Assembly (NCBI GenBank): GCA_051362555.1
Contig: CM120645.1
Coordinates: 23,402,934 to 23,466,933 of the forward strand
Direction of reading: 5' to 3'
DNA length: 64,000 nucleotides
DNA from: Lingula anatina
Taxonomy: Eukaryota; Animalia; Brachiopoda
Every line of letters starts with the position of its first letter. Positions within the stretch are counted from its first letter, which is position 1. The notes under the pieces are model-generated. The model was not told where the DNA came from. It searched no databases and worked only from the letters and a program-made list of their open reading frames with translations. This document shows positions 51,774-64,000 of this stretch, piece after piece. The position numbers and the translations under genes were made by a program.

Positions 51774-53520
51774 CTATGGCAGAGCATTCTCTGTGCGGTT
51801 ACAGAAAGTGATCACCAGTCTACCATCATTCAGATACTTGTTTTCATGCACGTACAGAGGAAGGACCCCATGCGCTACGCCGTCACCGAATTCGGGTCTG
51901 GTCAGACTGATGACGTGGCGATTGAAGACGGCGTACTCTCCTTGTGTGACGTCATACCCGGTCAGATTAGTATATTGCCCCAATGGGATGGGAATACGAA
52001 CAGTTGGAACACGGTCGTCTGCACGTAGCTTTATTTCACTGTCGAATCCCAATGGCCCCGGTCTCATATAGACGTCTTCAAACTTAATGATACTTCTTGC
52101 AGGCACTTCCATCCCCCGATTTCGACCCTCACTGACAGTGAACTGATTGTCGATTATAATCATCCACCCAATACTCTGAATCTTGGTAGCGTAAAAACGA
52201 ACTCGTTTGCCTCGCGACTACGTATAGAGTTTAAACTTAGCAGACTGTGGAACAGTCATAATTGCGAATGTAAAGTTTAGTGACGTGGTCTGGAAAGACA
52301 CAGGGGTTGGATCAACTCCTGACAAGCTATCATTACCAACGACCACGTTGATGCCGTACCATTCTCTCAAAAACTGTAGGAACTTTCTCCCTTCAGCTGC
52401 GATGCTGGCGTTAGTGTTTCGATCGAAATATCGGTTTACTCGGTACCATTGTTCGCTGGGAAATTGTCCGCCCATGATACTGCCCTGACTAATCATAGTG
52501 TAGACGTTGCACATCGTCTCTCCCGCCACCACCATTGGCAATGCGAAGAAACACAGGAGGGAAAAGAGATGCAGTACCTTTAAAAAGGAACAGAGTTGCA
52601 GTGTTAACGAGACACACATGTTGGATATATGTATATAAAATAACGACAAGATTAACAGTATAGAGAACACTTTATGGTTTAGGTGAGGTGCTTTAACATT
52701 AAAATGTCAAAACTTTCGGTCCACAGTACCCAAATCGTCTTTCATTTCGTTGAAAATATTTTCCAAACTAACCCAGAGCGTTGGGTACTAAAAACAACCC
52801 CTAGAATACCATAAGTACATTGAGGGACATGAACAATTACATCATTCGCATTCCTTTTCCCTGCAAGCATATCTCTCAGATTTGTTCACTCACATGTTCG
52901 TGAGCGTGCTTTTGCTAGTAGGGAAATAAAACACTAAGACTATCGCGTATACGTTAAATACTGCAGCAAACGGCACCAGATACGGTCGATATGCAACCAT
53001 TTTCGTACCAACATCAAGGGCAAGTAAAAAAGGTCAATATCAATTCTAGATTTGTTAGGAAAACATTATTTCGTGTACGAGCAAATGTGCTCCCAGTTGA
53101 GATCAAGAAAAATACGGGTTGTAAAACTGAAACTAGATGTTTTTTTTCTGGGTTTAGTTTCCAATGAACCCCTAGTAGACCCTATGTAAATAGTGCAATA
53201 CCTGCACCCCATTGCATTAAATGTCAACAACACAAGATGTGCAGCGAATCAGTCAACAAATTAACCGGAGCTGCTATACCGCACTAAGGTTTTAAATATA
53301 AAGGTCCGTTAAAAGAACAGAAAGCTGAAAAATGAAGCTAAAAGAATATTTGTGAATTCACTTTTTAAAGGTCTAGTGACAGAAAGTGATTAATAAAGCT
53401 TCTTTTGTATAACATGCAAACATTTTCCAATTCACACCTTTATAGTTTGCACAGTTTTTATATTCAGTAACGAAGGTTTGAGTAAAAACAGTTTTAAAGA
53501 TAACGCTTCCCACTCACCAT
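51774..53520 (-). pseudogene. Uncharacterised secreted-protein gene (~268 codons) with one in-frame TAG; null allele, pseudogene or readthrough candidate
   Basis: ATG|GTGAGT at 53520-53518 and acceptor TTTTTAAAG| at 52578 give M-VLHLFSLLCFFALPMVVA-GET (signal peptide). ORFs 52218..52670 and 51774..52163 share a frame and are separated only by TAG 52218-52220, with open codons between them. Confidence 0.65.
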
Positions 53521-54944
53521 GTTCTAGTGTAAATCTTTCTATTAAGATGTTCCAACGGATCTCTGGTGATATGTTTTGGTACACCACTCTAATCGATGGT
53601 TAACGGCAACTGTACAACGATGAAATGCGCGCTTCAAATTGGTTATCCCCAAATATAATTTGAAGAAGACGGTTAATGCTACCATCACATAGTCGCAATT
53701 TTCACTTTTATCTGCGCAACCCTTATGAGCAAAAATCTTTATACTTCTGACTCATTGCCAATGCACAGGAGCCGCTATGCTGATAATAGAATAACACAAA
53801 TAATGTCGTCTACTCCTGGAGTCCATACACAGTGCTACATGACGTGATACCAAAATGGATCCAATGGGCAATGATGCCACTACATGGTTGAAATAATGGA
53901 CAAAGGACATTTCCAAGTTATTCTATGTCTTGTTCATTGCAAAGAATGTGGTGTTTTGTATTATTCATTAGTCTCCACTCTCTAAACTCATGATAGCTTT
54001 GCCAATGATGCTGAGCTTAGTACATAGAATAAAAGACTACTTTTAAAAAAAAGGACAACATGTAAATTGCATTAGTTGAACTCTTTGCGACAAAGAACAC
54101 AATGTCTGAAAGAATGAGGATCGACCCAGCTCGCTAATTCCAAATAACCAGCTAAAACATATAATAATATTAAAGTTTTACTAACCCGGATATTCCCGTC
54201 AAATCAAATTAAACGTCGAACACAGGAATTCAATATGACAATGTTTGAGTTTCTTATTTAACACTTAAAACATCTTATTTACAGCAGATACAATAACATT
54301 AGTAAAATTTAACCTGTGGTACGTGCGTTAATTAAAAACAACAAAAGGTGATGTTCAAACCATCATGACGTAACTCCAAACCCACAAATGTCTGAAGTTG
54401 GAAACGTAAGAAACTTTGAAAGGTGATAATATGGCTTTTGGACATTTGCTACACGCGGAAGGGATGCATTTAAAGTTACTTACACTGCTATTGTCAATTT
54501 TTATCTGCACGCGTATGCAGTAGTTTATTAATTAATTTCTGGTTTAGATATTACTTTTAATCTGTCCTACAATCAGAGTTGTAATTAAATTTAACCCGGT
54601 AAACTATGCAATCTAAGAAATCAAAGAGTCTTTTACACACTCTAATGCGATGCTTTTTCAAGTATCGTCATCCTTTTAAATTCGATACAAGCAATGTTCT
54701 CCATATGACTTCCATATTCTGTGCGATTCAAAACGCTGTCTAGGTGGTTGATAAATTCCCACGCCAGAATTCCTATAAGGTCCCAAATGACCCAATAGAA
54801 CATTGACTTTAAAAAACTATAGGGTCCCCAGAGAGGTCCTATGAGACGTTAAGTGTTTTATAGGAAACTAGCGCCAAATGCTAAAGGGTTCTGTTGGATA
54901 AATTTCCAAGACAGAAATCCTAAAGGACGTCAAATAGAATCCAT

Positions 54945-55190
54945 ATGGAGTCCCGTAGGGTTCCTATAGAGTCCTGTAGGATTCCTATTGAGTCCTGTAA
55001 GGTTCTCGTAGAGTTCTGTAGGGTTCTTATAGAATCTTGTAGGGTTCCTATAGAGTCCTGTAGGATTCCTATTGAGTCCTGTAGGGTTCTCGTAGAGTCC
55101 TGTAGGGTTCCTATTGAGTCCTGTAGGGTTCTCGTAGAGTCCTGTAGGGTTCCTATAGAGTCCTGTAGGGTTCCCTTAGAGTCCTATAGG
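54945..55190. repeat. 21-bp minisatellite (GAGTCCTGTAGGGTTCCTATA), ~11 copies, probably within a larger repeat element from ~54760 to 55210
   Basis: Direct tandem units with a near-palindromic CCTRTAGG core. Explains the ESCRVPI repeats of ORF 54945..55247. Confidence 0.9.
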
Positions 55191-55243
55191 ACGTCTGTTA
55201 AGAAAGGGTTGTGTTCTCACATTTACGTTACATTTTGTTTGCT

Positions 55244-58483
<3,240 letters not shown>

Positions 58484-60475
58484 TTTACGAGATTTGATCA
58501 AGAACTAAAAAAAGTTTGTGGCTCAGTGTTTGCTTCAGTGTTTGTGTTATGGCTATATCTTATCATGCTACCTGAATCAGGTCAGAGTAACGTGTCTGCT
58601 ACACTATGAGGGTAGACTGTGCGACCTACACATGTCAATGAATGCCTATCTCTACCATAGCAATTCCATAAGCTTTGTTTGTTGACAACTTAGAAACTTT
58701 AAATGCAAAACAGTTATACCATGTACGTTAAGTGCTCTCTTATGATAACGCATATGATCTTTTGAGGACAAAGAACTCCTTTAACAAGATAGCTGTCTTA
58801 TGTTGTAATTGTGGAATTTAGAACACAATGCTGCCCTAGCTTGCCTGATACGTTTTATGTAAAAAATTGTTTGTTGTTTTTTGTTCATGGCGCAGAAGTT
58901 GAGAAAGCTACATAAGTGAAAATACTGTGGAGATAAAATTTAGTGATATAAGCGGCATGTCCAATATTACATGTACATTCATATTAATTAATGCTCCCAA
59001 CTCAATAAAATTAAAAAATAATTATCTCGGCAAATAGGCTGACATTAAAATTAAACTACAGTGGTGGGTATTGCTCAAACAACGAAACCACTTGCCCTTA
59101 ATGTGGAAATTTTGCTAGAAAATGATTGACCATGTATGTTGTATCTTTAAAAAATTAAAATTTAAGTACCCAATATTCAGAAAGTTGGGAATTCATCTTC
59201 GTAAGCATACTTTCAAACATGGGGCAATAATTAGCGAATTCAACAACAGCAGTTCAATGATGGAGATTAAAATATTAATAGAAATAAAAAGGGCTAAATT
59301 AAATCTTATACGTTAAATTGATAAAAGTTCTTTGCATAATAAATTTTGTAAATAGGCCAACAATTCCCATATAAATGTACAACCTTGAAAATAAAACCTT
59401 TGATCGTGGCTAATTTCAGTCAAATTATGATATAAAATGTGAATACATGCAATCTCCAACTCAGAATAATAATTGTGATGTCATTTGATAATATACTTAC
59501 TGACTTCGGTCACTATATCACATTATTTGTGTACAAGCAACATGTCGATAGGGTTTCCTGTACTTTTTGTTTGTTTTATGATCATCTGTTAAATACAAAA
59601 TGGCCGGCAAAACCCAGAAATAATGAATTTTTTTACATTAAATGTCTCTAAACATTAGTAATAATCATGCTTCAATATCAGTTTTGAACTAAATGCATAT
59701 GCCAGTTTTTTTTTAGTTTTAAGCCATTTATTGCAGTAAATTAGCTTTGCCGGTGCTGGTTAGCTCCATACAGAGACAAAATAACGATTCTAAAATCGGT
59801 GGACCAGTTAATGCACCAGGATGCGACAATTGTGACTATACTCAACTAACACAATGGCTGCAAGTGGACAACTTTGTATGCAGGTACATGTATGAGTTCA
59901 TCTGCGTTCACAAGGCACATGGTTTGTTTTTCTACAACTTGAATTAAGTATGAATTTCAACAAGCCACGCTCCATACTTTATTTATGAGTTTTTAGAGTC
60001 TCACTAAAACAAGTATTTTATTGCATGACAAATCACTTACAAAATTATTAGATAGTGAAATTATAGCTTCGTGATAACAAGACGAGGACATTAAACCATC
60101 CCCAGAAGAAAATTTCAAATAATATACATGAATTAATTACAAATTAACAATTATAAAAAAACAGTGTACAAGTGATATCTTAATTACCAGGCGAAACAAG
60201 TTAGTTGGCGAATTAAAGTAACTTCCCAGGAACCGACCAATTAATTTAATAATTAGATAATTGTTCTGTTACACAACAGATTATGATTATGAAATAATAA
60301 TTATAACAATCATACACTTTATTTTAAGAGGGTAACGCGTGTTAATGTACATTTATCTTCCAGATGACCCGTGTGTCCTTCGTGGCCCTCGTACATTCAT
60401 TGTGCTCAGAGTTGATTGAAATGTTGTATAAACTACGTATGCACGTTTCAAACACACCGCTTTCACTCTGTTCAC

Positions 60476-60530
60476 ACTCTGAATACTAAAATAGTCTGAA
60501 TACTAAAATAGTCTGAATACTGAAATAGTC
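60476..60530. repeat. 17-bp tandem repeat x3
   Basis: CTGAATACTAAAATAGT repeated just beyond the copy-6 stop. Confidence 0.8.
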
Positions 60531-60581
60531 TTTAGTGTACCAAGATGTGCACGTTAAGTGAACCTTTTTCTAAATGTTAGT

Positions 60582-63169
60582 TTAAGGACGTGCCACCAAG
60601 GCCCACATCATACCCGCCACTATGACGTAGAATGGGGGACGAATGCCGCCAGCTGCAGAGACGGTAGAAGCCTGGATCCCCGGAATGGTGGTCACCCACA
60701 GCTTCCATCGACTGGGTATGACGTCAGAGGCAGACTTGATGACGTCACCTTACTCGACGTACTCTTTCCCGGTTGCTGTGTATTGCGGCCAGTTTGTAGT
60801 CGGCGGGTCTGGTTTGTTAGGATCCCTTTATGAAATGAATAAAAACTATTCTGTATTAGTGCGTGGCATCAACATACAGTGAAGGTTAGACCTGTATGTA
60901 GAAAAACAAATTTCCTGAAAATTCCAAGAGTTTTCCTTTACCACCCAGGTTTATTGTACGATATTGAGAATGTTACTAGGCTTTTGCAAACACTTCTTGG
61001 TAACTAAGAGATTTCCACAGCTGTATGTTATTCCCTACCGTCAGGGAAAAATAAATTCAACTATACTTTAGGGGAATATTGTGAAAACAGAATTATCAGA
61101 TCTATACTCACCCTGTTTTAGCAAAGTTCGCCCAATAATTCATCATTTCATAAGAAATCCTCTTGTCTCCGTCATCGAACTCGACGCCGTCATCAAACAT
61201 AGTTGGATGATCTGGACCGAGGAGGTACGAAAGGTCGTCTGCGTGGTTTGACCGATAGAACCAAGGAGGGGTTTTCAAAACGTAGCCATATGAAGGTACC
61301 TTTGTGAGGTAGTACAGATATGTAGAGCCATTACCCGATGACGCGTGTTTAGTTGTCAGAATTGCCACCGGTCCTGCTAACGCCCAGTCTGTCACGATGT
61401 CAACGTAGCGGTTAGCAGTGTCATATCGATTGGCCGCGCTGTTGTAGTATTCCTTCATCAGAACGTTCTCAATCTCGGCTTCGTGGCCAGGTGCGACTTG
61501 CTTAGCCACATCAGGGATGAATTTGTCTCTTAACTCTGCAGGGGTGATCCCGTTATCGATGTCATGGGTCAATATCGCCCCATCTCCATCAGTGAAACCT
61601 CCCAGACAGTCCAGAGAACGAAAGTGCCGGATCACCTCCGAATCAGTGTTTTTAAACATGTCTGATACGGATTCTGAGAACATGTCGCGATCGACTTCGG
61701 CGCTATAGTGAAGGGCCCCAGAGACACCTATGGTAGCAACGATACTCGCGTCTAGGAATCGTTCAGCTGTTGTTTCCCGCAGACAATCGAGGAGTTTTGA
61801 TCTCTCGGTTGGCCCAGCGTGGCAGCCTATAATATCGCCAATCCTTAAAGAAAGTGTTTCAGCTTTTTCCGTCGACCACGCCCAATATGCCCAAGGTGCT
61901 CCCCTCTGAGGAATGAAACGGTGAAACAGGCCCTTAGCTTTTGTGGTAAGAGCAAGCTGAGAGACACTGCTACCCCCGGCAGATTCTCCGAATATAGTAA
62001 CGCTGAAAAAAAAAAGAGATTTAAAAAGTTATTGCGTGTGCTTCAAGTAGAACTTATGATCCCATTATATAAGAAGGGGCACAAACCGACGGTACAGATT
62101 TTGTAAAGTTAGTCAAAAATTGTCAACCAAAGAAAGTGAAGAGAGCGTTACTGTAAGATTTGTTTCACTCTCTTAGAGGATAAGCAAAAAATCAAATTTT
62201 GTTTATTAGCACACGGGTTTGAAACGGTAAAGTAGTTGTGGGAGATATCGAACTTGTCATTTTAACAGACGGACAGGTGGGCAGGTAGGTAATGTGAAAG
62301 TAAATATTCCTAATAAACTTACTTTTTAGGGTCACCACCAAAGGCTCCAATGTTGTCTTGTACCCACTTCAGTCCCTCAATCTGATCCCTCAGTCCCAGA
62401 TTTCCAGTTGCATTATTAGTGCCATCTATACTCAGGAAACCAAATGGTCCCAGGCGATAATTTACTGATACAACGATGATGTCGCCTCTTGCAGCTTATC
62501 ACAATGATAGAAAATATACACTGAATCTGTGAATTTGATTTCATATTTGAAATTCACTTTTCTTTCTTATTTATATTTTCTTTCCATTTTTCTCTTCGTT
62601 TTCGTTCTTATCATTTAACTTAGAGAAATACAATAGCATGAAAAATATCATCTATTTCAAGTTAAATGTTTTCAGCTTACTTAATCTAAAATGCAATTTC
62701 TTTGACAGTTGGCGACCATAATGAATTAACTTAATTGCACCACAATGATTCCAAACAGTAAATGAATATTTATTTACAAATTTACAACTTGCAAACATGG
62801 GCAAAATCTCGAATCAGTGGAAAGACTACCCACGTCTAACATTTTGCAGGTTATGAAATTTTAAGCACGAACAAATAGGCGCCTCGGATCACCAGAACTG
62901 CCCAAAGGACCTACCGAATTCGGTGAAATCATAGTGAAAACTTCCGCCAGTGAAGTAGCCTCCGCCATGAATCCAGACCATTACAGCTTTGACGCCAGGG
63001 GTATCAGGAACAAAAACGTTGAGTGTCAGGCAATCTTCAGATATCTGAAGTGAATTAATTACAGGTAATGCAGAAATAAACATTGTGATTTGATTTTGAT
63101 GTGATATAATTATGCTGTCCCATCAAAAATGAAGAATTTGTTAAGTCGAGCTTATGTTGTAACAGCTGC

Positions 63170-63202
<33 letters not shown>

Positions 63203-63719
63203 GGGGGGGGGGTAAGCACTGTAATATCACTTTTAAACAGACCAAACTCACCAGAAAATATATCAACACATATTTTATCACAACAATGACTACTACAATA
63301 AGTTCCATTGTATCTGTGGCGAAGCGTAGGTCTTTCTGCTTGTTCTGCTTTCGTGTCATGCTAATTTTCAAAAAAGAACTTTCGTTTTTCATTAATTTTA
63401 AAACATTAAATATAAAGTTACTAAACCTACTTTCTTCGGATTAGGAAATCCAAAAGGGTTGGGTCTCTGCATGCAAGCTGGACCATACGCCGTGGCGTCC
63501 TTCACCCCTGCAGCTGCTCGCAGGCTGGGGCTTTGCAAATCTAAGGTTCCCAACTGGTGGCTTGGCAAAGGGAATACCTAAAAATTCGTTCACAGTTTTC
63601 CCGTTCACTGTTTTGTTGAAACCTCGTATTGTACCGGTTGTAATGTTGACCTCTAACTGGCTGTCTACTACAGTTACTGACAAAATAAGCAAAGGCAGGT
63701 ATCGAATCCACAAAGCCAT
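60582..63719 (-). pseudogene. Carboxylesterase copy 6: full five-exon structure with an exon-1 frameshift (probable young pseudogene)
   Basis: Exons 63431-63719 (289 nt versus 291 in paralogues; 2 nt missing at ~63510, giving a stop at 63441), 62915-63044, 62323-62494, 61112-62002, 60582-60825. Also GLWDQ>GLRDQ, QSG>QRG and DGDMFP>DRDMFS. Confidence 0.8.
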
Positions 63720-64000
63720 CTCATTAGCGTTCCTGACGAAGTTTATGTCCTAAAATCCGAGAAGTAAAGACCAAAATATCTAGAAGAGCTGCAAAATTAT
63801 AATTTTCGCTCTCATAGATATTACACGGAAGTTGAGAGCAGTTAACTCATAAAATGTGAGTACTGCATGTATCTATAGACACTTAAGTCATAATAATACC
63901 TCTGCAATAAAACCTTAATCATGGCATGCATTGTCCTCAGGAAAACGACGTATTGTTTCAACTTCGATAAAAGCACTGTTTTTCCTTTTCAAGAATTTAA

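Noticed and set aside
52218-52220. Selenocysteine or pyrrolysine recoding of the in-frame stop
   Set aside because: The codon is TAG, not TGA (Sec), and pyrrolysine is not known in animals.

Overview
AT-rich, intron-containing animal DNA. It is probably from a marine invertebrate such as a mollusc; that is inferred from repeat types and gene style and is not proven. From left to right the window holds: (1) the first four coding exons of a p38 MAP kinase (minus strand, running off the left edge), head-to-head with a complete 9-coding-exon, 360-aa GMPPB gene whose intron 3 carries a Helentron/HINE-type element; (2) a minus-strand tandem array of six type-B carboxylesterase copies with a CEL-like Ser-Asp-His triad. 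Three are intact with signal peptides and hydrophobic GPI-type tails, one is intact but has a frameshifted Cys-rich tail, one is deleted exactly through its catalytic serine, and one is frameshifted; (3) a ~14-kb block interrupting the array, containing a hairpin-dense repeat cluster, an intronless class A GPCR, a full-length TSD-flanked two-ORF LINE with a 2A-like peptide at the start of ORF2, and an unidentified secreted-protein gene broken by one in-frame TAG. No prokaryotic system, CRISPR array, tRNA or rRNA is supported. All exon boundaries and alignments were read by eye; no database searches were run.
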